This document shows, one piece after another, positions 11,747 to 24,863 of a stretch of DNA of 64,000 bases. A program made the position numbers and the translations under genes. The stretch comes from Penicillus capitatus (lineage: Eukaryota; Plantae; Chlorophyta), in NCBI GenBank assembly GCA_965649825.1, contig OZ287707.1:774292-838291 (forward strand), in the 5' to 3' direction. Numbering within the stretch: position 1 is the first letter of the stretch; each line of letters begins with the position of its first letter. The notes under the pieces were generated by a model. It saw only the letters and a program-made list of their open reading frames with translations. It was not told the origin of the DNA and searched no databases.

Positions 11747-12942
11747 ATGGCGATCGACATCACCGATGAATTTCGAGCCTTGGCGAGACGGACCGTCAAG
11801 AAGGTTTCCCTGTCGGACGCATGTGTTTCTTCTCTCATAAGATATCATTTCGGCGCAGGAAGGCAAAGGCGTCGACCAGTCCATACTACGTCCAGTGCGT
11901 CGACCGACAGAGTTCACGATGACAGTCCAAGACGTCGTATGTGTTCCACTCCTGTATCTGTGATGTAAAAAGAGATGCGACCCGCGACAGAGTCTCCAGA
12001 TTTCGAAGAGTCTTCACTTCATGCAGGGCTATCACCAGAAATACGTGATTCCAGGCGGGTTCTCCCAATGGCATAAGAATGATCTTTTGACATTTGGATG
12101 CACAGGAATGATATCGGATGCGGAGCGGGACAAAGTGGAGGCAGAGATGGTGTCCTTTATCAAATCGTGCTCCACCAGTGTTGAGCATTTGAGCCGAACG
12201 GTGGCGGCCATGCAGGAGAAGAGAATCGTTGGGCAGCTGGATATCAGCGAACAGGCACTTGCACATCGTCATGGGATGGTACGCCTCGAGAGGTCAGTTG
12301 TGGCGATTTCTTCGCTTTCTTCACCGCGTCAAGACCTCTCACACATTTCTCTTGTCACATCACTATGGTGTTAGGTGCTCATTGTCAGCGAAGAGCTAAA
12401 AGAGTTGACACTTTTGCTGGACAAGTATCGCTCCGAACACGCCATTCAGCTCAAAACGCTTACAGAGAGACGTCTAAGGCAACAAAGAAAACAGGAAACG
12501 AAACTCAAGACACTCAAACAGGACCACGTAAACTGCTCGCAACTCGTTGCCGTCTGCAGAAATGTCTTTTTAGGAGATACTGGCATCACGGTCAGAGATT
12601 GCAGAAGAGAGTGGAAGCGCGTTGCAGCAGGAAATGCTGCAGCATGAGAATCAAGCCCTGTTCGAAGAACTGACGAATCTTTCCTCCCGCGTCCACGATA
12701 CGGAGAAGATGATGATCGAGATTGCGACACTGAATCAGATGCTGTCATCACAGATCATGAACCAGTCAGAGCAGATCGAACAGGTCTACACCGATGCTAT
12801 TCAGGCATCCTTCAATATGACCAGAGGAAACGTGCATTTGAAAAAAGCAGTGGATCTCAATAAGAGCACAATGAAATACGTCGCCGTCATTCTGATCTTG
12901 GCATCTCTCACTCTTCTGTTCTTTGATCGATTTTACAGCTGA
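11747..12942 (+). CDS. SYP81: ER syntaxin (SYP81/STX18/Ufe1)
   Basis: MAIDITDEF start, ERDKVEAE, AHRHG, SNARE helix QMLQHENQALF...IEQVY, C-terminal TM ending FFDRFYS. Confidence 0.88.
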
Positions 12943-12952
12943 TCATGGAATC

Positions 12953-13700
12953 TCATCTGGACGATGATTGCCGGAGATATTCTTGCATGGACTGCAAAGA
13001 CTGATGAACAAAGCGAGACTGTAGAAGATAAACAATGGGGTAACCCACGAAACTCAGAATATGATCTGGACGCGAATAGCTGTAAATCTCATACCTACAA
13101 ACGCGGCATGACTGAGCCAAAGAAGGCTGAAGAGATAGCGAGCTACGTGACATTGTTCGTCACTGGATTCCAGTCCAGTGCAAAACGTTCTTCTCCGGCC
13201 AGTAGATGGCCATGGAGTGATGTGGTGCCATATGCAAAGCGTTTCCCTCCGTGCAATGTCTTTTCGGCATCGTCAACGTACTCGACACGCAACGGATTGG
13301 CCACCCATGGCAGGCAAACCTGTTGAGCCCAATCTGTGCAGGAGATCACCAGACAGACGATCGGACTCTGGTGAAATTGCAGTAGACATGCCAATTGTGC
13401 AATGGAGTGTCCAGGGGGACAAACGCCCATTTGAGTTGAAAATGTCCCCATCTCTTCATCAGAGACCTCGCTCTTTGAAAATCGTCTTTCCCTCTTCCAA
13501 TCTGCAGATCACAGCCGCATCGATCATTCTTTCCACTGGAGTCATTCACGCACCACTAAAGACTCCTCGACGACGCGCCAAAAGGCAGATCGAATGGCAT
13601 GAGTAAGGGGTGGTGCCGTGCGCGTTCCTCCCGGAAATGCATGATTTGGACCTAGCCTACGAAAACGTATCGTCAAGCAGGTGCATGTCTATTTTGCTAA
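12953..13700 (-). CDS. DUF1990 / UPF0548 family protein (5' end uncertain)
   Basis: IGRGKDDFQRA...RWGHFQLKWAF, NPLRVEYV, FAYGTTSLHGHLLAGEERFALDW, YEIYSYSRPDHILSF. Confidence 0.8.
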
Positions 13701-13827
13701 GCTCTATACTCTTTGGCACGCTGACAGAGCCGAATTTCCTGATCGCGACGTGGACGACCGAGAGTGATCAAGACCATCCCGCAGAATGACGTTTACGAGC
13801 AAGGAATCGTCAGTGCGTCATGTATGG

Positions 13828-14923
13828 ATGCGACGAAGCAGCTGGTGCCGAGCGACGTCGAAACCGGTGAAGCATCTCCCCGTCGATCGATCCACGACTC
13901 GACGACGTGCCCGTTTCCGACCTTGTATCGATATCCACAAGGCACACGGCTTCGTATGGCACTCCCCATACCATCGTGCCCTCCTTAGGGGAAGGTGAAG
14001 CAGATTGTGGGATCCACTTTAAGCGACAAACGCAAGAAGAGGCGAGGATATGTGATGCGACGGGACATCCAATCCCGAGTTTGTGTGCAGTGAAGATCTG
14101 GTGACGAATTTTGTCTCGGAGAGACCGGCAGAATGGTACAGTCATCTGTATCGATCAGATGATCTAACGGGTGGACACATTGTGATGCTGGACCGAGACC
14201 CAGCGACAAGGTTCATGTGATAACGGATACATGGTCTGTAAGTAGAAATGGTGTTTAGAGAAATGGCACTTAGAGCAGTACAGGCATGGCCTGGCGGTAT
14301 GCATGTTGGGGGAGGAATCTCTCCGGACAATGCGCACGTCTTCTTGGATGGCGGTGCCAGTCACATCATTGTCACATCTTACGTTTTCCACAATGCTCGA
14401 CTCGATGCTGAGCGATTGCAGTCCCTCGTCGTACACGGCAGACCTTCTTCTGCTTGAGATAGGCCGGTGTTTAGGTGAAGACGGTGGGTACCAGCAGGAT
14501 CGTCTTGGATCTCAGTTGCCGTTTCAGGGATGGCCGTTACTGGGTCGTCACAGACCGATGGCAGAAATTTAGTGAATTGGCGGTCGATGGTGCTACACTC
14601 GAGCATCTCTCTTCGTTCTGTGATGAGTTTCTCGTTCATGGGGTGGATGTGGAGGGCAAGCAGTGTGGCATCGATGAAGATCTCATAGGCATCTTAGGTG
14701 ACGTCTCACCTATCTGTGTGACATATGCCGGCGGCGTGAAAGACACGGTCACTCTTACGATCACACTTCTGCCAAACTGGGATCGTCTTTTCAGGAGGAC
14801 TTGGAGAGAGTGTCTATCGCAGGAAAGGACCGAGTTGATGTGACAGTTGGCAGTGCTTTGGATATCTTCGGCGGGTCTCTTAAGTATGAGGACGTGATTC
14901 AGTGGCATTGCAGATCAGACTAA
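13828..14923 (+). CDS. hisA: ProFAR isomerase (HisA / His6 type, plant HISN3), transit peptide likely
   Basis: [10 protein letters not shown]|[74 protein letters not shown]. Confidence 0.95.
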
Positions 14924-15035
14924 AGAGAAGGCATCATCAAAGGCTGTTTCCAAACACCATTTTTCTGGAACTCATAGTTTCTGCCCAGAGAAAGGATCCG
15001 ATTATTGAGCAACGGCCTTCGGCTTCAACCATGCT

Positions 15036-15885
15036 CTATTTGCTCTTCGATTCTTCTCCATTGGGAGAAGCAGCGTGCTGCTGCACTTGCTGTGTCATCT
15101 CCGCCGCCTTTTCTTGAGCCTAGACAACAACGGTCTCTTTCGCAGAGCAGCGTGCGTGTTGCTAGGCGTTACGAGTTTTAATGCCTGTTCTGCAATGTCT
15201 GGACCGTACGCTTGGGCCAGTGACAACGCCGTTCCCACATAGGAGCTCTCAATCACCTAAAGGCATATTATGAAAAGACAGGTGGGGGTTACCACACATC
15301 GCCGTTTACCGTCTGAGCTGTTTTGAAAACGGGGTCAATCCGGTATCCATACTTTACAAGCAGCGGCTTCAGGTATTTATCATACAAAACCTTAGCCCCC
15401 TGACACACTCTATTCTCAGGACGACTATTTATCACTCTGTTGCGATGCGTACCATAAACTGAGGCGCCATCAGCCAGACAATGAAGACCAACTGAACCTC
15501 ATAGAACAACGGAATCCTGTTGGAGCACAATGAACAGTGCTCCAGAATAGCAATAGGTTACCATCCAAGGATAAACCCAAAGAGACTGTCAGCAGTCGAG
15601 ATGACGGAGTAGACCACCCAATACGTCAACCACTGCGCAAAGATGTCGAACAACGACGCTTGCGAAATCGAAACGCACTTGGATATCGTCCGACGGGTCT
15701 TTCGTCTCCAACGCCTTGAAACTCGCATACCTAGAAGACGTTTTACTTTTTATTCCATTTAGAAAGAGCCTACGCGGGATAGACGAATCCAACGATGTGG
15801 CTAAAGCGACAGAGAAGGATCGTTAGATAGGTAAGAAGAGATAGCAGCCTTGCCAGAGATAGTGTGTGATTCCTAGAGACAACAT
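15036..15885 (-). CDS. HVA22/REEP/Yop1 ER-shaping protein
   Basis: Spliced MLSLGITHYLC|HIVGFVYPA|YASFKALE...DDIQ|WLTYWVVYS...IPLFYE...WLMAPQF|GAKVLYDKYLKP. Confidence 0.88.
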
Positions 15886-16069
15886 CTTGCGCAAAACACG
15901 TGAGGAATAGCCGCGGTGCTGAACGCTTTGATAATTGAGTTCGAGGCAACCCGGTCATCGTATCAGGGCTGACACGACCGTGATGTGACGTCCATCCATC
16001 CACGGTATATGAAGCCGACTGGCGATCGATCGATGATGTGTCCAGGAAAGCGCCGTCTTTTGTGAGGGC

Positions 16070-19000
16070 ATGGCTGGTAGCGCTCCGAGGTTCCACCCTA
16101 GACGTGTTTCGTCCGAACACGTCATCTCAAAGTATGGAGAATGGGAGAGACCATCGGAGATAGCGGCGAAATCTTCGACGCTCTATTTCCGAAGTCATCA
16201 CGAAACGCCGGTCCTCAAGACACGCATCGGCGACCTGCACGAATTCGGTGAAGGCCATACGCTTTACTTCTTCTTCCTGCAGTTCATCAGTCGTCTCTTC
16301 TTTTTCCTCTTTCTCTTCTCCGGGCTGCCAACCATGGTCATCAGCATGATTGGAAATTTCTACGAAGGCGATGTGAGGTGATCGACGTCTGACGCGTTCG
16401 AACTCTTGTCTGTTTGACAGGGACTTGGTCTGGACTCGGCCACCCTCGGCAACATCGGTCATCTTCGTCATCTCAACACATCCATCTCCAATTTCACAAC
16501 AGATATCAGCAGTGCCACTATTCGACAGTGACGGTGCGGTGGTAGGTGAAGTGATGGATGGTCGTTGCAGGTGTGGAGAATGAACGCGCCTTTGTCCGTG
16601 CCTTTCGCCATCGCACGAATGGCACACTCGCGGAACTGTTCAGCAACAGCCCCCTATCCAAACAGGACAGTCTTGTCTTCATCTCCATTCTGGATGCATT
16701 CGGGTAAAGATGGCCACCTCTGCAGCGAATGGTGTTTTGGAGAAATGCTGTTCGAAGGGCTGTCTTCTTCTTCGTCGGGGTCACAATTCTGTCCAGGATT
16801 CAGGAGCGCCTGTCGGCAGATGTCGAATCCAATACAGTGACGGTGGCGGACTACGCCGTTCGCGTTGAGAATCTACCTGCCGATACGACGACGCAGGAGT
16901 TGAGAGAGTTCTTCTCTGTATGGGGAACGGTCCACTCGACGGAACTCGTCAAGACGGATTGCGAATTGATCGAGAGAGCACGCATCGACAAAGCAATTGC
17001 CGAAAACGTAAGGGTGTCCATTGCCCGCGCAGCAAGGCAGGCCACAAAGGTAGGTATTCGTTTCTGCGGCAGCGTCGACTGGATGATACCGCAGCGTCCG
17101 AACGGGAAGATCTCTTTGGTTCCGCTTGTGCGCATCAAGATTCAGGAGAAGAGGCAAGAGAGGGCGGGTAACTATACAAGGAATCTTTACACCGAGCGCC
17201 AATCGGCGAAGGTTGTTTGTGCGTTCGTGACGATGGAGAGTGCACAGCAACGCATCGACGTATTGAATGCCTACCCCAAAAGCTTCGGCAGACGATTGTT
17301 CATGCGTCGTGATCGCCGTTTCCGAAATCGCTATCGCATCAAAGTATTTGATAACCGTCTCTTGCCATACCACACGTAGCTATCGATAGATGTCCCCTCT
17401 AGGCGCTTTCTGCACCGGAGCCGGCGGATATTATTTGGGAGAATCTGCAGTTTGGCTTCTTGAATCGAAAATTTCGCAGAGCGGTGACGACGAGCGTAAA
17501 GTACATGGCGCTGTTGGTTGGCTTTATCATCGTCAACCTCTCAACCTCTCTGCGGCACAACAATCCATCCACCATGGATCAGGATCAGTGCGACGACGAC
17601 TGCGGCTACTTTACAGGAGACACGTTCTCGCTGACAGGCGATCTGAAAGACACATACAAGGATTGCTACAAAGCGTCATCAGCCGATTGCTCGATACTCG
17701 AATCCTCGTGCTACCAATGCTACTGCGACAATGCGATGATCAAGGGACTGGATCGCGATGAGAGTGGATACTGTTCAACCTATCTGGCCGATTTCGCCAC
17801 AGCCACTTTCAGCGAAGTCCTCTCCGTGATCGGTTCGCCACTGTCGTCTTGAAAGTACCTCGACGGAGAGAACGCACTTAGGCATTGTTTTTGTCAACCT
17901 CTCGCTGGCGGCGGTCGCCACGCGTCTGTCCAAAAGCGAGCGACATCCGACGAGAATTCTTGAAGAGACATCCACTGCCTCGGCCCTCTTTCTCTTTCTA
18001 TTCATAAACACGGCCGTGTCGACACTCGTTGCGACGACACACATTCCTCGCCTGACCCACTGGGCCAAACGCAGTTCTCTGAAGGGACATCTCTTTGCTG
18101 GCGTCTACGTTGACACGACACCGAACTGGTATCGAGAGGTCGGTCGGAGTCTCATGATCACGATGATCGTGCATTCGGCCGCCAGATTTGTCAGAATCAT
18201 CGTGCGATGGCTGATCTACAAAGTCAAATTCTGTTGCCGCGGGAGAGCACTGACACAGAACCAGCTCAACAACGCTTACATGGGGCCAGAATTCACACTG
18301 GCTCCTCGTTATGGCGAGCTCCTCAATCTCATCTTCGTTGCCATGTTCTTTGGAGGAGGTCTGTTTCTACTGGAGACCTTCTCTCCTTCCAAGATTGCCT
18401 TTAGGTATTCCTCTGCTCTATCTGCTGACAGCGATCTCATTCAAACTGCAGTTCATGGTCGAAAAGGCCGAGCTTCTTCGCTTAAGTCAGCGACCCCCGA
18501 GTTTTGGCCGGGATCTGGCTAGAATGGTTGGATGGTTGCTGCCATATGCCACATTATTGCACTGTGGTTTTTCTGCCTGGGCTTTCTCTTTTCAGAAGAC
18601 CTCACGTAGTCCCTTGGTCACTCAATCTGCAGAGGAATGGGCAGAGTGGATCGAAATCGTCATTGGATACATCACGAAGGGAGGAGACAAGAATCGGAAA
18701 CAGCAAGCTCGGCGTTTTGGTGCACGCCTCATGCAAGCGACCTCTGCTCACCACGTCATCCTCTTTCTCATCTTTGCCTGCATACTTCTCGCCAGAGTAA
18801 GCGGATCTCACACCTCACTCTTTTTGAAGAGACATGTCACTCAGTTAACGATGTCTATTTGGGTAGCCGCCGTCAAGAAGATGTGTTCATTTCTGGGAGT
18901 CATTAAAGATACTGGACTGCTCAATTGCGACAGCCGTCGTTTGCCGGACATTTCCAGTGCGATATCGTCGGGATTGCTCATTGGCCCCACCTCCTATTCG

Positions 19001-19162
19001 CTAAGAAGCAACCCCAAATACTTGGGTGCGTTGCCGACCAAGACATGGACGACAGAAGACACTGAACTGCTGTCGTCTCCCATCAGCGTCACCCAGGACG
19101 AGACGCCATTTCTCATCGAACACAGATCGCCGTCATGCGAATCTGGATCCGACTCTGCGTAG
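16070..19162 (+). CDS. TMC/OSCA(CSC1)-like multi-pass membrane channel
   Basis: LHEFGEGHTLYFFFL, TVADYAVRVENLP, CAFVTME, LFLFLFINTAV, PNWYREVG, LTQNQLNNAYMGPEFTLAPRYG, GIPLLY, EKAELLRLSQRPP; many hydrophobic segments. Confidence 0.7.
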
Positions 19163-19360
19163 GCGGCGCTGCCAGTTTTTTGAAACAATTGTGCACGTGT
19201 AACGTGATCCTATCCATCCATCTATCGATCCATCTCGCACGGCGCTATGAGAAGAGGTGTTCCATTCGGCGATTATGTGACAACGACGTTCGTGCTTGTT
19301 CGTCTGTCGTAGCTGCGTTTCGTGGTCATCGATCGAACGACGATCGTCGACAATCGACAC

Positions 19361-20442
19361 ATGGATCGAACGATCCGCAAGAAGAGCACCGTCACGAAAG
19401 CCACGTCTTCAAGATCTTCTGCCATGCCGTGGAGGTCTGCACAATTTTTTCTTTTTTCCCTCCATAAAAACAAAGCTGTATGTCTCGTGCAGGAATATGT
19501 GGCGCTGCGCAGAAGCTATTGCTATACGGCGGGATTTGTCATCTTTACTACTGTCTATCTCCTCACCCTATACTTTGCAGTATCGCTCAATACCACGAAT
19601 CCTCCGGCGTCTGCGTTTCTAAAGCCGTCGGGCAATAGGGATCGCGTCGACACTGCTTTGAAGTGCGCAGCAGTCTGCGCGAAGCGTTTGTCCCTGGACC
19701 CTCGATGCACACAACTTTTCACAACAACGATCAGATGCTCGCCTATATCGCACAGGCTGTCGTCTTGCCCGTTTGGCAAGATCCCGTCTGCGGCGACGAC
19801 AAATGCGAATGGCCTTGGGAATTCCCGGCCTTCGGTCGCTTCGGTTGTCGGGCAGATTGCGGAGAAGAGAAGAATACCACTCGGATCATGATCCAAATCA
19901 AAGCCAACTTTGCTGGGCAGATCTCGCCAAGTCCACGGATCCTCATGTCGAATGCCAGATGGAATCTGTGCCTTGACGATCCGGAGCGTCAAAAACGCGG
20001 ACAGGAGGAACTCTGTTGGTGCGTTCGTGCCTCCTCTGAACGTCCTTAACGGTCAGGAACGACGCGAGGGGCTTAGGTTTGCCGAAGATCAGAGATTTAC
20101 AGAGGTGGTTGCGCTTCGTTTAGAAACAATGAATGTGATTCAGGGAGAATGGACTGTTCGTGTCAAAGGCGACTATGCGCGCAAAGTCCATGGGCAGGTG
20201 TTTGACATCTCCAATGCTTCGAATCCTGTTCCGATCGATACCCACGTACGCACATCACTCGGCCAGTACGCAATCTTATCACACTTTGATGAATGTAGCC
20301 ACCATGGACGAGATGCCGACCAGAAAAGAACAGCGTATCACACATGTCTGCCGAAATCGAACATGGACAACGCAAATTGAAAGCACTTTTACTTATTCCC
20401 TACGCTAAGTCGAATCGTCGACAGAAAAAAGTGACCCTATGA
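19361..20442 (+). CDS. Polycystin(PKD2)-like channel N-terminal fragment, apparently truncated
   Basis: One TM segment followed by WQDPVCGDDKCEWPWEFPAFGRFGCRADCG, which I recall from algal polycystin-type channels; no channel core before the stop. Confidence 0.5.
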
Positions 20443-20592
20443 TCAGAGACCTCTGGAAAGAATTGAAACGCTGTTCGAGTCACTCTACGATTCATATCTT
20501 TTCGGCACAGCATCCATCTCATGATCAAAAATAGCAGACAGAGACAGAGACGATAAATGCGCGTCATGCAGAGGACTTAGGATTGAGACGCT

Positions 20593-22267
20593 TTATTTTT
20601 CAGATTCTTTCGTCGCAGATGTGGATGGGCCCCCGGATGTGCGGTTTTGAAAATCCTGCTCTTTCATTTTTCGCTTGTTCATGAGCAGGTGACTCGTTCC
20701 GTTGTGAATAACATCGATACTCACGATTTCCTGCTCTGTCACAGGAATGCGTTGCTTCCAGGGTTCTCCATCGATTTGCATGTACATAGATTCGATCTCC
20801 CCGGCCGGATCTGTTTTCATTCTTTGTGCCCGAATGCGGGCGGCTTTTCCCTGACCCAAGCGCATACAGTGTGTCATACCCACCATCACGAATCCCGTAT
20901 GCCATCCAGTGCGGAAACCGACCACTTCAAAGAGGCCATCGTCCAGAGAGGGATCCGCTAGACCCCTTTCCTTTTCTGTTCTGGAAAGCTTCCCCTTTCC
21001 CCAGATGTTGCGTCCACCAGCATAGCTCTGCAGATTGACCAAGACAATGGCCTTGACAATGTCGGGGATTTCAATCGCTTTCCATTCGTTGCTGTTGGTC
21101 AGAATCTCGATCTTTATAAAGCGATTGACGGGAGGATTGAGACTATTGCAACAGCAAAACCATCCTATGTAAACAGCCATCGCTGTGAGCTTGAACAGAC
21201 GGCTGCTTAGATGTACCTACCTGATTGAACGCCATAGAAGCTGTACCAGAATTGATTGACCAATCGTCCCGATGCCAATTTTGGATGGTCTTCTCTCAAA
21301 TGATGAAAACCATACGCCGATTGAGCATCCATGCCAATACTCAGATAGTTCCAAGCGCAACCGGTAACGTGGCTTTCCTCTTCGGAGACGACTCTCAGAC
21401 TGTGGGGCAGATCTGCGAGATACTCTTTGCTAGGGCCACGGATGTCAATCTGCCAGCAGTCCAGTTGCTTGCTCATGCCATCGGACATCTCTTTCAAGTG
21501 GTCATACAGTGCATCCGTATTCTTGATCCATTTAGGTTTGAACGTGTGTCCCCATTTGTAGGTCCTTGACAAATCATTGCCTAAGAGTATCAACCGTCGG
21601 ATAGAAGAAGACTGAGCACAGATCCAGTCACCTGTTCCTAACGGGACAATGGCCACGGCCGGTGGTGGGTCGAGATTGAGATCTTTAATCACTTTCAACA
21701 CCCATGCCACTGTTCCGTCTCCACCGCAAGCCACAATCTTCATCCGCTTCTTCATTTCGGACACCCTTGGATCTTTCATCTTCTCTAGTTTGTCAAGATT
21801 CTCCCAAATCTTCTTCAGAATGACATCGGGTCTGTCTTTCAACACATCGTACACCTGGCAGAGCGCGCCATTGGACATCTTCTGTGCATGGAACATTGGT
21901 ACTTGTGCATTGCCAAGGGCGCGATGGAGTGATGTGAGGAGCTCTGGACCTGCTCGTCCACCAGACCTTGCATTAATGAATGCAATCATTGGGGACTCTG
22001 CAACATCGTAGAGCGCTCTGTCCTTTGTGCCTTCCAAAACTTCTGGAGGAAACCTACTCCCACAGACGCGTTGTCACATCGACGTCAATAAAGCCAACCA
22101 ACCAATAAGGCTCGCGTAGGTCTGTTTCTTTTCTTGAAGCCTGGTACGATGCATCGTCCACTACTGGCAAAATCAACTACGCCAACCGCAAGGACGCATT
22201 GGGATTGAAACACAGACAGCAACAACGGAGACACCTCGTGTCGAGGGGATTTCGATGAGGACGACAT
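20593..22267 (-). CDS. DGK: Diacylglycerol kinase (plant cluster III-like); start uncertain
   Basis: PMIAFINARSGGRAG, IVACGGDGTVAWVL, VPLGT|GNDLSR, WNYLSIGMDA, NLQSYAGG, DDGLFEVVG, YMQIDGEPW. Confidence 0.93.
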
Positions 22268-22353
22268 GTTACAGAGAATCACGAAAACCGCAGGAAAGCG
22301 CCTTAACAGCACAGTATTGACGAAGGTTTAGGTAATGACGCCGCGAGATGATG

Positions 22354-23923
22354 TCATTCGTCGCGTCGAGATTGACGGATTTTCTGCTCGATACCGATGA
22401 GCGACGACTGAATTTTCTGCAACTCATTCTCGAGCTCCGCCGTCGAAGAACAGGCCTTGAGGTAATCGCGCCCGTCTTCGCTATCGAACATCGGCATTCG
22501 GTTCTCCAGATCTTGCAGCATGCGATCCAATCGATCGTCTTCGCCGAGGCGTTCGATAAGTCGCATCTGATGGAGGCGGCGATCGATCACAGACACTTTT
22601 TTTCGAAGAAGCGAAACGTCGTTGACGAATCCCTCGACGTCTTGACTGCGACGCGTTTCGAGCTTCTTGTTCACAGATGTCAACTTCGATAGTTTATTCT
22701 CGAGCTGTGTGATGCGTTCCTCATACTCTCCTTGTGCGCATTCAAATGTCTTTTCGAGTGCAAAAATCTTGTTCTGCTTGTCCTGAACCTGTTAAAGGCG
22801 AAATGTATGCACTTGAGTCGAGCATCCCTGTTGTTATCTTACCTGTTCCTGGAATTTTGCGACGTAGGTATCAATCGCTTGCTGTGTCGTCCGTTGGATA
22901 TTCAGCATCTGCGACGTTGCGCGTTCTTTCATCTCACAGAATCTGCTGCCGAATTCCTCTTTCGTCTTCGAAAGGTCCGTTTCGGCCGTGACCGCCCTCG
23001 CCTCGTTCTCTTGTTTCTCCCGGCGCGCTACGGAACGAAAGAAAACTCAAGATCGCGAGAGCACAGGAGAGAAGACAGATACCTATAATGTAATCGCGTG
23101 TGCAGTGCCGCAGCATTTCTTCGAGTTTCTGAACCTTGTGCGCCGACAATTCGATCTGCTGTTCATAATTCTGTCGATGACTCGCCATTCTCTCCTCACT
23201 CATACGTTTGTCACGAAGCAGTGCCTCCTCTCTCTCTGCCGCGTATTGTCTCTAGAGTCGGATGATGTGACGGCATCGAGCAACAAGCATACAATACCTG
23301 CTCGTTCAGTTGAGCCTGCAGCGATTCCACTTTCAGTATCAGCGAATCCGCATTGGCCGTTGGCAAGTAGACCGTCCGCAGCATCCTTTCGCCTTGTGCA
23401 TCTCGTGGGCGCACTTCAATGGCGTCCGGTTTGTTGTTTCGAAGATAGGTGATCTCCTGTTCTCCAGTTTTCGTCAACGACAGCAGGTACTGGATCTTCT
23501 TCCGATCTTCTTCGCTTCGCAGTTTGAGGTCGTCGTTTTCGCTCTGAAGTTTCAGCAGACGACTGCGTTCGCAGAACAGAGCGTCGTTTGCTGAACTGAG
23601 TGCCTGGATGAGGGGATACTCAGGTTCCGTCTGTTTCTGCCGGATATTGACCGTACCTTCTGCAGTTCCCATATCTCGCTCGATCTCTGTTTGTTCTCCC
23701 ACTCCAATCGATGGTGGTCTTTTTGGTCGACAGACAATTGTTCAATTCTTTTCAGCAGATCCTCTCTCTCCGAATCGAAATCTCCTAATCCACCACCCAT
23801 TGTGATCACAGCCAGACCCCTGTCGGCATTATGACCGATGCGCTGTTTGTAGTAGTTAAGGAGCTCTTTAGCTGGAAGAGACGCCTCGATGGATACCTCA
23901 GAGGCATCACGGTCGTCTGCCAT
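22354..23923 (-). CDS. CCDC77: Coiled-coil domain protein 77-like (centriolar)
   Basis: PAKELLNYYKQRI, HRLEWE, ELQK|ALS, LQSEND.LK...EDRKKIQYLL, TVYLP, DSLILKVESLQAQLNEQ, CTRDY. Confidence 0.75.
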
Positions 23924-24025
23924 GACGTGCCTGTCCACGAAACGCGTCAAATCGTTTGATGTGACACATTGTGGCTGTCTCGTCTGTGCCTTTCATTCTC
24001 TGTGCGTGTGTGTCTTGTTTTCTCG

Positions 24026-24863
24026 ATGGCATCGAACCGTCTTCCCGTCGTCCCCACCGTCACTGTTCTCGCACAAATCAAGACGCGCCTCGTCGCTGCT
24101 ACAAAGGGCCATGCACTTCTCAAGAAGAAAGCAGACGCCCTTACTGTCCGTTTTCGCGCGATCCTAAAAGAAATCATCGCCGCCAAAGAAACGATGGGCG
24201 AATCTCTGCGCGACTCCTTTTTCTCCCTCATCGAAGCCAAATACGCAGCAGGCGATAAAATGAAACATACAGTGCTGGATAATGTCGACCAGGCCAACAT
24301 TCGCGTGTCTGCCCATACAGAAAACGTGGCAGGGGTCAAGATTCCCAAGTTCGCACAATCTGAAGGCAGTGCCGACTCGAAGATGGAACTGACTGGACTG
24401 GGATCCGGAGGACAGCAGATTCAGAGCTGCCGAAAGGCCTTTTCGAGTACCATCGAGCTCCTGATTGAACTGGCCAATCTCCAAACCGCCTTCATGACAT
24501 TGGACGAAGCACTCAAAGTCACCAACAGACGTGTGAACGCCCTCGAGAACGTTGTGAAACCGCGTCTGGAAAACACCATCTCCTATATCAAGGCACGCTT
24601 TCTTGCTCTTGTTTAACCACAATGACACGTGTGTAGGGCGAGTTGGACGAATTGGAGAGAGAAGAGTTTTTTCGACTGAAGAAAGTGCAGAACAAGAAAG
24701 AACGGGACTTGAAGAAAAAGATACAGGCACAGAAAGCGGTAGGCTCTACGGTTGCCCATTTGCTGGTTGGGATATGGTTGGTGCTTCTTAGGCGGAGCTT
24801 GCACATGCCGCACAGGTTGAGACGATGATTGCGACGGGCCAAGACGAGGATGTGGTTTTCTGA
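24026..24863 (+). CDS. VHA-D: V-type ATPase subunit D
   Basis: KTRLVAATKGHALLKKKADAL, ENVAGVKIP, LTGLGSGGQQ, TNRRVNALENVVKP...YIK|GELDELEREEFFRLKKVQ. Confidence 0.97.
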
